This document shows, one piece after another, positions 12,989 through 25,976 of a DNA stretch of 64,000 nucleotides (within the stretch, counting starts at the first letter, position 1; each line of letters opens with the position of its first letter). Position numbers and translations under genes: made by a program. Under the pieces are notes generated by a model that saw nothing but the letters and a program-made list of their open reading frames with translations, ran no database searches and was not told the origin of the DNA. Source of the DNA: Callorhinchus milii (lineage: Eukaryota); NCBI RefSeq assembly GCF_018977255.1, contig NW_024704743.1, positions 42,844,001-42,908,000 of the forward strand, in the 5' to 3' direction.

Positions 12989-15039
12989 CAAAGCAACAAA
13001 TTGTCAGCTGTAGTTGGAGTTCTAAGACTTCACTGCCTGTCCTATTCTAAGTGATCTCTCCAAGAGTCTGAGAGCTATTCTCCTGCTAATAAGGCAGACA
13101 TTGAATCAACTAGCTTGTACACAAAAAAACTGGAAAATTCAATTAAACTGCAATGTTAGGTACGCTGAATTAAAAAGTTTATTCACTAAGGAACTTCGAA
13201 GAACTTTCTTTTGCGGCATTGTAAATACACTATAATCAGTTTTTAATTAAGGTTGAAATTATGTCTGCCTTTCAATTCTAAATTGGTTACCTCACCCAGA
13301 ATCTGAATTGCATGGCTTAAATCAGTGTAGAATTCCTCTTGCCTGTTTTGAAAGCACTTTGAAGCCCCCACTATATTAAAAAAGGGGGAAAAGTAACTAA
13401 TTAAATGTGTGCAATGTTTTGTTCATTTTTAAATTAAACTTTACGCATCCTAAATAAATCTTTTCATTTGGTGCCTAAAGCAGGCGCTTTTAACTGAGAC
13501 TGTTACCAGGTGCAGGAACAATAACCCCAGTGCTAGCAGAATACCCTGTGCTGTAGCTGCCAGACATTACATTGCCTTGACTTTCTGCCAATGGCTCTGT
13601 CTTGTTTTGTTAAGAATCTATGGTAGGGAATCAGGCTTAATTCAGATATTCAGCCATAAAAATGTGTGAGGAAATGCTATAAAGTTGTTTATCGTGGAGG
13701 CTCTGAAAAATGTCTCGGCAAAAGTAGCCGCTCAAGGCCCCTATTTCAAGATAGCTCTACAAAGAGAAATCAATAAAACTATCACAATGAGACACTGGGG
13801 CCTTTTCATAAACTCAGTGTAATGGGCCACTCTGTGTAAAGAATTGTTCTTGAGAACCATTGCTAGCAAAGTATTTCTTAGAAACGAGTAAATAATTGTG
13901 TATCTTTCACTGGGCTTTAACTTTACTTTCTATTTACTCAACTCATTATCGACAAAGGGAATATATTGTACCATGGAAAAGAAAGTTCTCCTAATGTAAT
14001 ACAGTGAACGTCTGGTCACGTCTGGTCAGAACATCTAAGAAATTAGGATATTTATCATTGTACCTCATGGTACACAGTTGTTGTTACGTTGTTAAACATT
14101 CTGGGATAACGGGGTTGAAAGTCAGTGATTTCTTAACAGGATTTCTTTTTAAGTACTGCAAGTGTCAAATGAGAACTTCTTCCACTCACTTTACCCAAGT
14201 GCCTATTCTGCAATTAGCTTTTGCACCACTCAGCTGGGAACGTAGGAATCAGCCAGTGCTCCTGCTCCTATTCAGGGTCCTCCAACCCCATCTTGCTGGA
14301 AGATGCCTGTACGTCAATGCTGTGGCAGGACAAGACAAGGTTTAACTGTGATTTCGCTCACAGTCAGATATCTTATCGAAATCCATTGGCTTGGTTCATA
14401 CACTGAGACTGAAATACTGGCGTGCCAGTGCCATGTCAAACAGAATAGACAGCAAAATAATTACCACATGGTTATCATCTCCATAAGCCCAGCATTGACT
14501 GTCTTCAAAGCTAATTTGTACAGAGAATTCAATTAACACTCAAAGTCTTCACAACAACTGTGATTTCTTTTTTTCACAAATGCACCAAGCTCGGTTACTA
14601 TTCAATACACAGTGAGTGTACAATCTCACCTAAGTTCCATTGGATATTGGATATTGAAAGTATCACCAGAGGCCAATTCACTTTCCAGTGTTCTTGTGTT
14701 TCATTTTGTGATCAGGTCCACAACAGTTTGAGTAACGTCCTGCTGGTACACACTGGGGCCCATTACTGCAGTCAAAGATGCTCACCGACCGGGGGTAGAT
14801 CACTTCTCCAGCAGATACCTGGTTTAGGGCCAGTGATAATGATGTTTGGAATGATGGATAGTAAGGAATGCAGGAGAAGTAACTTAGAAATTAAGGAAGG
14901 AATTTATTTGTCAAAGGGAAGTTTTGAACACCTTCTTGCACAACCTATGGATTTGCTTTCAAAATTCTGCAGCGCATACAGAGACACTATACTAATTGTC
15001 AGAAGCTAGGCAGACAAGTGTAGGTTATTACTGTAAGTA

Positions 15040-15430
15040 CACACAGGGCTCTAAGTCTACATTAGAACCTGAGCTCATAGTCCAGGCTGATACTCCAGCA
15101 CTGAGGAAATGCTGCATTATCAGGGGTGCTAACTCTCAGATTAGGTGTTAACCAAGGTTTGTCTATCTACCTGTTGAAGCAGACATGAAAGATCTAATGA
15201 CACTATTCAAGCAGAGAAGGGAGTGTCTCCTAGTGCCCTTGTCAAGAATGCTGCACATAAATTGATCATTTACTTCATGGCTGCACTTGAGTTCTTATTA
15301 TATGAGAACTGTCTGTTGTGTTTGCCGACAAACACACAGACACTACCCTTGACAGCAGTTATCTGTGGGGCATTACCTTTTGAAACATTTTGCTGCTGAG
15401 CACTATATGAAAATACAAGGATTATTATTC
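15040..15430 (+). mobile_element. Older Deu-type (SacSINE1-like) SINE
   Basis: tagtccaggctgatactcca...gctgcattatcaggggtgc...gtgttaacc body with an L2-like tail. Confidence 0.6.
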
Positions 15431-16099
15431 TCATTACTATTCTGAATTCAGCCTGACTCACATCTCCAGTGGCTTGACAGTTTTAATTAAAAATACAGCT
15501 AGAAATATTGCTTTAAAGGAGACACTGCTCTATGAAGCTTTGGGATCATGTTCACATCCCATTGCATTGTTTGTGATTTGCTATGACATTCTGAAAACAC
15601 ATGGGTTTATATGACAGGCCACAGCGAGAAGGTGTAATGTTTCTATGAGTGTTTCCTGGTTGGCTGTGGGTGCGATGCTGAACTGCTGCTATGATCATCA
15701 AAGACATTATTTGAAGAGTTGCTGGAATGCAACAAAACTGACTTAATAAGAGGCAGATCCGGGCAAAATCACTGTAAAAGCATTGATGAGGCATTTGCCT
15801 GCGATCGTTCAAGCTAAGTGTTTGCAGACAGCTTTGTTACTTGAATTGTCCATTTGGAAAAAATGTGCCTAACATGGAGCAGGATCATGTTCTGACTGAC
15901 TTTTAGGTGCAATCTATTACTTAATGTCCCTGCTTACATGAACTTGTTGTTGCATAACAGGGTTACTTACAATTCTGATCTGCTGCACATCTCCCACCTC
16001 TTCAGCCCACTATTGACAGGGAAGATTTCAGCCGCATCGCCTCTCCCAAAATGCTCCTCCATGTACCTCCCTCTCCACTTTCAAAACCCTTCTAAAACT

Positions 16100-16445
16100 T
16101 ACAACAACAACAAAAAATTACATTTGGATAGCGCCTTTCACTTTGGGAGGACATCCCAAGGTGCTAGAAAGTCAAGGATTTGGGCCCGAGCAGATGGTTG
16201 GGATCAGGAAGGGTAGAGGGCAGGAAGAGTAGGGATAGGAAGCTGGCCAAAGGTCCCGTCGAAGAGGAGGGTCTTGAGTCGTGCCTTGAAGGAGGCAAGG
16301 GAGGGAGCAAGGAGAAGAGACTGCAGAATGGAGTTCCAAAGGATGGGAGCACAAAGGCTTCCTTGCCCGGCTGCCGATTGTGGGGCGGGCCAGGAGGGGA
16401 TGTGAAGCAGGCAGAAGCTTGCTGAGTGGAGGGAATGGATAGGTT
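16100..16445 (-). mobile_element. LINE2 3' fragment
   Basis: (AAC)n, stem-loop, and - strand translation APILWNSILQSL...SLASFKARLKTLLF. Confidence 0.88.
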
Positions 16446-16544
16446 GATACAGAACTTTGACTGTGCCTTTGATCACCCTCCTACCCTGCTCGGCGACAAC
16501 TTCCATCTCTGTTAAGCACTTGAGATATTATTGCATGTGAAACA

Positions 16545-16950
16545 TAGCTGGCTGGGCTTGATTAGCCTTCTCATCTCTGAGTCAGGACAATTGGGAATTT
16601 AAACACATATAGACTATTCTGACACTCCAATGCGGTGCTGTGGAAGTGCTGTATTGTTGGAGGGTCCCTCTTTAGGATGATGCATTAAATTGGAGGACCT
16701 GTCTGCCTGTTCAGGTGAACATTAAAGATCCCATGACACTGTTCAAAAAGAGAAGGGGGTGTCTCCCAAGCAACAATCCCCCAAATAAAATTTGCCATTC
16801 ACTTCATGGCTGGTTGTGGAACACTGCTGTGCGTAAATTCAATGTTGAGTTCACTACACTTTATAGTGTATCTTGTGAAACACTTCAAGAAGTCCTTTTG
16901 ACATGCAAAATGCTATATCAAATGCAAGGATTTGTATTATTATTATATTT
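16545..16950 (+). mobile_element. Older Deu-type (SacSINE1-like) SINE
   Basis: Degenerate tRNA head, ctgcctgttcaggtgaacattaaagatccc, Deu block and tail. Confidence 0.7.
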
Positions 16951-17081
16951 GTGAGTTGCAAGCTGTTCTTTGAATTAAAGATCTGATGTTGTCATCACAG
17001 AGATATTAAGACCTGAGCATTGAGAACAAGACAAACTTACAACACAAGTGATACTAAAGGCTTGTGACATGGATTTTGTTT

Positions 17082-17465
17082 AACAACAACAAATATTTTC
17101 ATTTATATAGCGCCTTTCACATCAGGAGGACATCCGAAAACGCTGTACAGTCAAGGGTTTGCACCCTAGCTGGGGGTTGGATTTGGGGCAATGGGAGTCA
17201 AGGGTGGGGCAAAGATGACTCAGGGTACGGTCAAAGATGAAGGTTTTGAAACAAACCGTGAATGAGGCAAGGGAAAGGATGAGGTGTAGGGTCGCTGGGA
17301 TGAAATTCCAGAGGATGGGTGCAGACAGCTGAAAGCACAACCATTGATGGTGGGGCGATCAGGGCGGGGATGTGAATCATGCCATTGTCTGCCAAGTGTA
17401 GGGAGCAGGAAGGTTGGTAGGGTTTCAGAAGGTCACTGAGGTAGAGTGAGGCTAGACCTTGGAAA
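17082..17465 (-). mobile_element. LINE2 3' fragment
   Basis: Tail plus - strand APILWNFIP...SLASF. Confidence 0.85.
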
Positions 17466-18044
17466 ACATGATGCAGATAGAGAAGCTTGTAAAAGCCAAA
17501 GTTCTCAATAAATTGACCCTGGGTTTTAAAACATTAATATGAAGGAGCAGCTTTAAAATATAGATGACAAAAAGGCTTATGGTTCAAGGCCTTTTTAATC
17601 AGAGGGCACGGTTGCAACAAATACTTTGAAAATACTTCAGGTGAATTTGAATGTTTATCGATGAATATTCAACATAGAAGTGTACATTGTATCACCAACC
17701 CATTATGGAAATCAATGGTTCATTTCTCAGGACAATAACTGTTTATGATGCAGAGCAATATGCTGTGATAGAAATTCAAATAGGTTTGCCCTCCCTGGTG
17801 TCGTTTTCCAGTACTGACATTTCAAGGTTGGTGTTAACATTGACATTGTATCTGATGGATCTGTGGCACTCAATTTGAATGCTTAAATACTAATTAGTGA
17901 AATGGTTCAAAATCAGTTTTGCCAAAACCTCTTATTTATATTTCAACTCAGAAGCAGGGGGCTTGAACGTGACATTTCTGCTTTTAAAAAGTTAAAAGGA
18001 GAACAAAGTAGCAGCATGCTCTTTAGAGAGGACCCTTTTACAAA

Positions 18045-18365
18045 CCTGTCCGCTCCCTCCCAACCTGGCCTGCTCCAGATCCTCCTCCCTGCCTGCTCCA
18101 CCATCGCTGGTCAGGTCTTCAGGCTTTCTGTCCCCACCCATTGGAACTCCATCCAGGAGTCCATCTGCTTCACTCCCTCTCTTGCCTCCTTCAAGGCCCA
18201 CCTCAAGACCTTTCTCTTTGACCATGCCTTCGGTCATCCTCCCATCCCCCTTGCCCTCCACCTCTCTTGATTCCAATCCCTATTTCAGGTGCAAACCCTT
18301 GACAGTTCAGTGCCTTGGGACATCCTCCCAACGTGAACGGAACTGTATAAATGTAATTTGCTGTT
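18045..18365 (+). mobile_element. LINE2 3' fragment
   Basis: PTHWNSIQ...SLASFKAHLKTFLF followed by the stem-loop. Confidence 0.85.
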
Positions 18366-19009
18366 TAGCTGGACAGTACTGGTTCTGTCATTCACCAACC
18401 AATTCCTAAAAATAGTCACCTTTTTATTGCTTGCACATAATGGGAAATATACACACACATATAGACGACTGAAAACAAGGGATGAGAATATGACTATATT
18501 AACAATCAGAAATAAAAGATCTACTTCTTAAAGAGTATCAGGGTAAAAGCTCTTACAAGTCATAAAGTCTGGTTGAACAAAGTTTGAAAAGGGCACAGTG
18601 TGAGGACAACATCATTGAGTTAACAATAGCAGCATTTTGACTTACCACTCAATGATGAAAGATGCTTTGCAAACAATTGCACTCCATTATTTAAACCAGT
18701 GATCCAAGGACTAGAGCCAATCTGTCATAAAGAAACGGCCGGACGTTACCAGCGACCTCTTTAGCTTAAGTGACCTGACAAGTTCCTTTATTAATAGTCA
18801 CATTTTGAGAAATATAAGCAGATCCTTGATATAACGTTCCTCATGTCAATTAGACATGCAGCTCTACACTTTGAGCTTAACTGTGCTGACTGGTCTGGTT
18901 TTGAAACCTCTCCCCCTCCACAAACTTCATTGTGACAGATTAACATGTATTTTATTTAGAAGCACTAAATCTGTTTTTACAATCTTTCCAAATATACAAT
19001 ACAAGAAAA

Positions 19010-19535
19010 TCACAATACAATTTATATTTAATACAGAGCCTTTCAAATCAGGAGGACATTTCAAGGAGGTTTACACAGCAAGCTGGCCACCCACTGAGTC
19101 AGGAGCGAGGGGAGCTGGAGGAGGGGGGTGGTGTGGGGGAGAAAGATGACCAAAAGCATGGTCAAAGAGGAAAGTTTTAAGGTGACTTTAAAAGTGGCGA
19201 GGGAGGGACCAAGTTGCTGGGACTCTGGGGTGGAGTTCTAGGCAGTGAGGCAGAATTGTTGAAAGCTCACCCAGCGATGGTGGGGCAGATTGGGTGGGGG
19301 ACATGAAGCAGGCCAGTGCTCACTGAGCAAAAGTGACAGCCGAGTCATTAGGGCTTCAGGAGGTCATGAAGGTAGCATGAGGTAAAACAGTGGAGAGATC
19401 TGAATGTGAGAACAAGGACCTTGAATTCGATCCACTGGGGGATGGGGAGCCAATGGAGCCAAGTGAAAATGAGGGTCATGGATTCACAGAGTCTGGTGCA
19501 GGAGAGGACACACGCTGCAGAATTCTGGATGGAAC
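19010..19535 (-). mobile_element. LINE2 3' fragment
   Basis: Reverse complement of the QNSAA...LHWLP...KVLVL region and the 3' end. Confidence 0.8.
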
Positions 19536-19599
19536 TGATACTTTATGTATACAGTGTACATGATCGTTTACGCTTGCCTTGTCTTAAAGTTACATGCAT

Positions 19600-19880
19600 G
19601 ACAACAACAACTTGTATTTATATAGCGCCCTCCATGCCGGACGGCGTCTCAGAGCGCTTTACAGTAACGGATCCCGGGGCCGAGCCAGGGGGAGGGATGG
19701 GAAGGTGACCAAAGGCGCGGTCGAAAAAAAAGGTCTTCAGCAGAGACCTGAAAATGGGAAGGGAGGGAGCGAGACAAAGGGAGTGAGGAAGGCAGTTCCA
19801 GATCCTCGGGGCATAGTGGCTGAAGGCACGGCCGCCGAGGTTGGAGCGGAGGATTCGAGAGACGAGGAGGAGGCCTTGCA
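19600..19880 (-). mobile_element. LINE2 3' fragment of a second, CpG-rich subfamily
   Basis: GGRAFSHYAPRIWNCLP...LLKTFFF and a distinct terminal stem-loop (agcgctctgagacgccgtccggcatggagggcgct). Confidence 0.88.
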
Positions 19881-20579
19881 TACTACATTGAGACTTTAAA
19901 AAACCTTACAGAAGCTTACATAAATGTATGTATAAAACAGTAATCCCTGGAAGGGTGGTTGAGGCCTGGACCTGGGATTCGTTTAAGAAATAGTTTGATC
20001 CTGTAATAGGAGAATAATAGGTTGGACATTCGGGAAGGAGGAGATGAAATGGCCAACTGCAACTCCAAGGGCATAGAATACAAGAATGAAGAATAGAAAT
20101 CAGAGCTACAATGAGTCAATATTAATTTTGTTCCTCAGCCATTTCTACTTACTTTATTTGCAAATATGATGGTTATCTCCTCAGAAATGCTGGTTTTGCT
20201 TACCTTCTTAAAACCTACACAGTCACTACACTTAACAGCTAAAAATCCTGTGAAGCATTTTGAGACATCTTGAAGACGGGATAAGGCGCTATAATCCAAT
20301 GCAAGGGTCATTATAAAACACAAACCTTCATGTTGGTCTTTGAAGTGGACAGCAGTGATGCTTGAATTGATTCTGGGATGCAGCCCCAAATCAGTTCTTT
20401 ATATGATAACTGTAGTTTTTTGCCTTTTTAAAATGTTAGTATAATTTAGATTGATGTTTGTAGCAAGTGAAATTATTGCTAACAATTGTACAATAAATAT
20501 CAATGGATTGTCCCCTTTCTCTATTGAAACAAAACTTCCCATTTGCTCCCATGCATTGACATTTAAAAAGTATTCCCAC

Positions 20580-20620
20580 CAAACCTCATCTCCCGCCCTT
20601 CTTGCGGGAGATGAGGTTTG
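20580..20620. repeat. Perfect 17-bp inverted repeat with 7-nt loop
   Basis: caaacctcatctcccgc-ccttctt-gcgggagatgaggtttg. Confidence 0.9.
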
Positions 20621-20889
20621 ATGGTGGTCTCATCTTTGCTGCACTCATAGTCTCCTTCTCTCACTGCCCACAATGAACACGTGTTAGGTAGGATATATAA
20701 AGCAGCGAGCAAGGCTGGCCTAATTTGGCTTGTTTCCTTATTCCCTTTTTTCCACTCTCCTCTTCAACACATGAGAGAGTAGCGTATATAAGTTTTTAGG
20801 TGAGCTATATTGATGTGCTGGAAGGAAATAATAGGCTATGAAACCCCCACAAATTTAGAAACCCAACCAACATCAGGAGTACTCAATTG

Positions 20890-21380
20890 TCAGCCTGGTT
20901 CAATTGGTAGCACTCTTGCCTCTGAGTGATAAGGTCGTGGATTCAAGCACCCATCAGGACATTGACCTTGCGGAACTTGAATGTATAGCACCATGGGACA
21001 TCCTCACGATGAGAAAAGCGCATATAAATGCAATTTGTTGTTATTGTTGTTGAACTCACTAGTCTAAGCTGGGACGACAATGCAGTATTAGGGGGTTCTA
21101 TCCTTCACATAAGATGTTAAACCAGGTCCTATTACCTGGTCAAGTGAACATTAAAAAATCACATGGTACTACTCAAAAAGAGAAGAGTTTTTCCTGATGT
21201 CCTTATGCAAACTATTTACAGATAAAATTGATCATTCACTTCATGGCTGTTTGTGAGACACTGCTATGTGCAAATTGGTTGCTACATTTAGCTATAAAAA
21301 TATAGCCGCTAGACTTCAGTGAATCTTGTGAGTATCCTCTTGATCTGAAAGACACTATTTCAAAAACAATGATTATTATG
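20890..21380 (+). mobile_element. Older Deu-type SINE interrupted by a short L2 tail (about 20985-21052)
   Basis: tRNA-like head ggttcaattggtagcactcttgcctctgagt, body and Deu block. Confidence 0.65.
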
Positions 21381-22789
21381 TGCACTTTGTATTTACATCA
21401 GGTCTAGGAACACTTGTTTAAACTATGGGGTATCTAGATGGCTGGATGCAAGTTTACTGTTAGTTTTATTTTAGTGATGATTTAATGTTTTACAATTGTT
21501 TTCAGGGAGGATTCTCATGCAATTACGTTCAAAGAAAAATATTCAGCAAGGTGTCTGTGCCACAGCTAAACCTATTTTATTTCAAACCTCCCTCTTTATT
21601 CATTTAACTTTCCAGCTCTTTCCTCGTATCTGTTTATACAGTTTTTATTTCTCATAGATAGATAAAAAGACAGTTATTCAGTGTGGGTATACATCATAAC
21701 CAATAGTAGTAGTCTAGCTCCTTGGGACATCCTCCTAAAGTGATAGACGATATACAAATGTAATTGTTGTTGTCTAATGCCAGGGTAAAGGACAGATTGT
21801 AGGTTATTCAATAGCAATTGCTTATTATTCATCCCGAGATGATTCAGCATCCTAGTCTCGAGGGTACTCTTCCCAACGGCATATTGAATATCTAAATCTT
21901 GGATACTTTTCCCTTCTTTGAATCCAAATGCAGCAACAACAGCTTATATAAACAACAGTATATAAACATATAGTTTTTCTCTTCAGGAGGGTGAAGTCCT
22001 TGGGGATCTTGGAAATACTCATTCTTGGTACTCTTGGTGTAGACTGCTCCTGCTGAAGGGAGCTATTTCTTGTTCAGTCATCAATTTGAGGCCAGCACTT
22101 CCGTCAAGCCATTTCTTTAAGCAACTATTCTGTTTTGTTTGCACAACTAAGAGTAATTTCATTGTTCAGCTCTTTTAGCTGATAGAAATAAAGCCTCCTT
22201 GCAGACCCCAGTTGATATCTTTGCAAACCCCACTCAGTTAATTGTTCACCTAAGTCTGTTAGTTCAATACTTCATTATTCTCTGCTACCAGAGTCAGGCA
22301 GTGTAAATGTCACACTTAAAAGTCTCCAATGAAAAAAAGTGTTTGGCAAACCTTTTTGGGAAGAGGAAAAGCCAGATGACCTTTAATTTCAATGATATCA
22401 TGCACAAGTGACACAATGCATTTCAATATGATCCAAGCTACGACACACATAGTTTTAAACAAACGGGGTGGCATTGCCGATCACTTTTTTATGAACATGC
22501 AGCCCTTTCACATTAATTTTTATTTACCCTGTCCTATAATTTTAGAGCATTTTTTCTAACTGTGTAAGATTTTCTACTGTGGTACAAGGATGTGTTTGGG
22601 CTTAAGCATTGACCAACATTTCAGATCAATGAGAAAGTCATGTAAAAATGAAATGCTGGGGGAAATGCACATTTTTTTAGAAAAATTCCCAACTTATTTT
22701 AGGTCTCACCCTGTCTCCACTCCTAGAAACAGTGAAATGTAAATCGGCAGCTGACCAACCTCCAGGCTCCTCATTTTGTCACTGGAATC

Positions 22790-23030
22790 ACATAATAATA
22801 ATCCTTGCATTTGATATCAAGTCTTTGAGACATTCCAAAATGCTTCACAGAACATACTGTAAAGTAAATTAACTATTTATATTTTGTGGGTGAAACACAG
22901 CAGCCAATTGCACACAGCAGTGTCCCACAAACAGTCATGGATTGAAGTGACCAATTTATTAATATTATTTTTTAAAGAAATTATTACCTCTGGAAAAGCG
23001 ATCTGCCAATTGACTAAAAAGACAGGTTCC
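22790..23030 (-). mobile_element. tRNA-Ala/Deu SINE 3' part
   Basis: Reverse complement of the tail and Deu block. Confidence 0.8.
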
Positions 23031-23169
23031 TAAATACTGTCACTGCTTCTGATAGGAAAACATCCTATCTCTGTAATGTCAGAGGTCTGACTCTGAGGAG
23101 GAGATAATAATTGACAACAACAGCAACCAATTGCATTTTATATAGCGCCTTTCACATCTGGAGGAAGAC

Positions 23170-23733
23170 CCCTTAAATAGGGTCTCCTTGGAGCTAAACT
23201 GGCTCTAAGGTGACATGCCTGGCAATGGAATGTTGGAATTGAGCCAGCCCTCTGTGGGCTCTCAATAGTCCAGTTCCTGAGCCAGGCGGATCCACAGTAT
23301 TTCAGGGCACTGCTGATGACAACAGCCTGGCTCATCAGCAGACTGGTGGCAGGGAGTTATCCCATTTGGCTCCTATTAACCCTGCAACCCAAAGCCCAAA
23401 CGAGTAGGGTGGTCCTCGCTGGACAAGCAGCAGGAAAGCTTGCTAGACAGCAATGTCAATAGCAAGCTATGTAGTTTTAGCTGGTTAGACTCCAGCAGTA
23501 TGCCAAAAAACTGTCCTCAGACTTGGCTCTTGTTAACCTGGGCCAATTACTTTCCGGGATTGTGTAAGCAGGAAGCGCTCCTCCAGGGAGAGAGTGCGCA
23601 TTCCATTCCAATAATCTATCTCTGGGATTTCCATGTGTAGGTGGGATGCATGGAAACCTCAGCTTAGTTTGGGTACTCTTTAGGACGGTGATGGGTTGCG
23701 CATGTTTCAGACACCCAACTGACCAAAAAAAAA
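23170..23733 (+). repeat. Unclassified interspersed repeat, copy B (ends in an A9 run)
   Basis: Colinear reverse complement of copy C (48110-48745). Confidence 0.8.
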
Positions 23734-23874
23734 GGAGGCACTGGATCTTTAAGGGTTTGCACCCAAGCCAGGGGTTGAATTCGAGAGTGGTGGTGACCAA
23801 GGGGGTGGGGAATTTTAATTAATATTTCAACTTTTTCAGTCTTCATCTTTCTTGTGGGCAGCATCTTTCAATGG

Positions 23875-24090
23875 GTGCCAGCATGGCTCAGATGGTAGAA
23901 CTCTCGCCCTGACTCAGAAGGTCGTAGGTTCAAGTCCATGTCTGGATCTTGAACTTATGCAGTTGAGGCTCCAATACAGTTCTCAGGGCATGCTTCATTG
24001 TCGGAGATGCTGTCGTTTGGATGAGACATTAAACCGAGCATGTGTCTGCTTGTTTTGCCAGGCGTTAAAGATCCCGTAGCACTACCTGAA
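23875..24090 (+). mobile_element. Older tRNA-derived SINE, 5' part
   Basis: tggctcagatggtaga (A box) and ggttcaagtcc (B box) followed by a SacSINE1-like body. Confidence 0.7.
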
Positions 24091-25720
24091 AAAGCAAATT
24101 TTAATGGGAGAAATATCTGTAGATACTTGATATTCTCTGTCAAATCTTAGCTAAATAAAATGTGCAATATTCAATGTGTTAACTATCACGTTGACCGATG
24201 ATAATTATCACATCAAATGTCACATTTTTTTACCCTCTAGTGCATTTTATCCAGGTTAAACCCCTAACCCCAATTTGACCTCAGTAAAAGTTACTGGACT
24301 AAACATGCTATGAAAAGACCACTGGCATATGAAGCTACTCTTCGTGTCTAGATGTGACTGAATATGGAGTAATGTTATCCTGCATCTGATGCCTCCCTAC
24401 TACTTCCTGAGCTGTCCCAGTTTACCACACTTTCTAGGAGCAAACACGTCTCGATTTTGTTCCATGTGCCCTCTACATGGATGCATAGTGACTGTATCAA
24501 ATCTATTTCTACGCTGCTTTGTAGATATCCACGGTGGGTCTTGTTCGTTGATTTCCTCCATTTGCACAGTGACAAGAGAAATCTACGATAAGCTTCCATT
24601 CGATTTGTTATGGCAATTATTGCATCTCGTCAACTGTGAAAAAANGCTGAGGCTGTTGGTAAGGAGGCCACCCAGCTATGATGTGGGGAGGGGGAGGAGA
24701 GAGAAAAGGAACACAGCCCTTTCTGATGGCCCAGTCAGGCATGCAGAGACAGATTGGTTGGGGCCGCAAAACTGCTTGCCACTTATTGAATAACGGGATT
24801 TGAGGAAAGAAGAAAAGGCCACAATAAATGAAAACGTTGCTCAGAGAAAACATTTTTGTTCAATAAATAAGAGGGTAAAGAAAGAATACAAGCTTTTACC
24901 AGCTGTCACTGTCTGGTTATATTACATTTGGAAATCATTATCTCTATTTTGACTTATCTGACACATTAAATTGTTGTTCTGTACAGCTGAAATGACTTTA
25001 AGAATAGGGAACCCACCATTCCGCAAAAGAGAATGTTTCCGCCTGGCTGTACAAAGCTAGTCAGATAAAGGGAAAATAAAAAGCATCAGTGTTGACAAGA
25101 TTGCTCAGAAATCAATATTTAAAATCTTAAAAGCAACTTTTTTGTTCCCCAAGTGGTTGTCCTTTCAAAATGTTCTTCATCGTATAATCTTTGACTGTAC
25201 AATAGATCGTTACACATTTCAACAGTTCTTCTGTTTATTTACTGCAAATAAAACACTGGATCACTGAAATAACTGAGAGCTGTGTCTTTTCATGGCGATA
25301 TTGGTGATTAGGGCATTGGGCTAATTTTTAAATACAAAATGGTATGAAATGGACTTTTAGAAAGGAAGGGTTTTAAGAAATTCGAAGTTGCTTGGAACAA
25401 ATGTTCAAAAACATGAAGTTGAATACATGCTGGCTGTTTCCTTCTTTCAATCCTAAACACGCAAAAACCAACCCATAGGACGCTTCCTTCACTTGACTTG
25501 CAAAATACTTAAAGATGGAATAGCTCCCTTTGTTCTAACTGTCCTCCCTTACTGCTTGATTCCCATCATCATTTGCTCACTGACCGCCTCTCTATGCCAA
25601 TAGCCGTGCTTCACATATTGCTGCATTTATTTGTATCCTAACCTTTCGATGAAAAAAACAGAAGATTCACACCCCCCCACTCCAAAAAAATATGGGTTGC
25701 TCTGATTGGCTTTTCTTTAG

Positions 25721-25976
25721 GGAGCACTGTTGTCAAAGAAAGTCTATTTCATTGTCAGAAGGCTGCAAGTTATTTCGAGGCAGCTGAGTTAAAGAGTGTT
25801 GGAGCAGAAGACTGTTCAGGGTGACAGTCAGTGCTGCAGCCAGCTCTACTCTAAGACACAGGACATGCAATATACAGGGGACCACTTGCGTTTACCAGTT
25901 TAGACCTGAGATTCAGATTTCTAATCAGCCATTTAAGGCATATTGGACACACATAAAGATCTTCAGCTGATGTGAG
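25721..25976 (+). other. Candidate upstream non-coding exon of the cadherin gene
   Basis: Lies in a repeat-poor block. Possible acceptor ttttctttag at 25711-25720, near-consensus donor GAG|gtaaga at 25976/25977, inverted CCAAT at 25705-25709. Confidence 0.3.

Noticed and set aside
11420..13050. Multiple overlapping ORFs with reverse transcriptase motifs (also 30197-32066 and 61575-62795)
   Set aside because: These are frameshifted, 5'-truncated LINE2 ORF2 relics with no endonuclease domain or intact frame. They are not host genes or a retron-like system.
14004..15009. ORFs of 113 and 149 aa upstream of the cadherin
   Set aside because: They have non-ATG starts, no recognisable domain and no supporting exon chain.
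23305..23345. CTGATGA (hammerhead box) and a nearby TCCTCG (HDV-like loop) in the unclassified repeat
   Set aside because: There is no correctly placed GAAA or stem II, and no HDV pseudoknot pairing that I can build.
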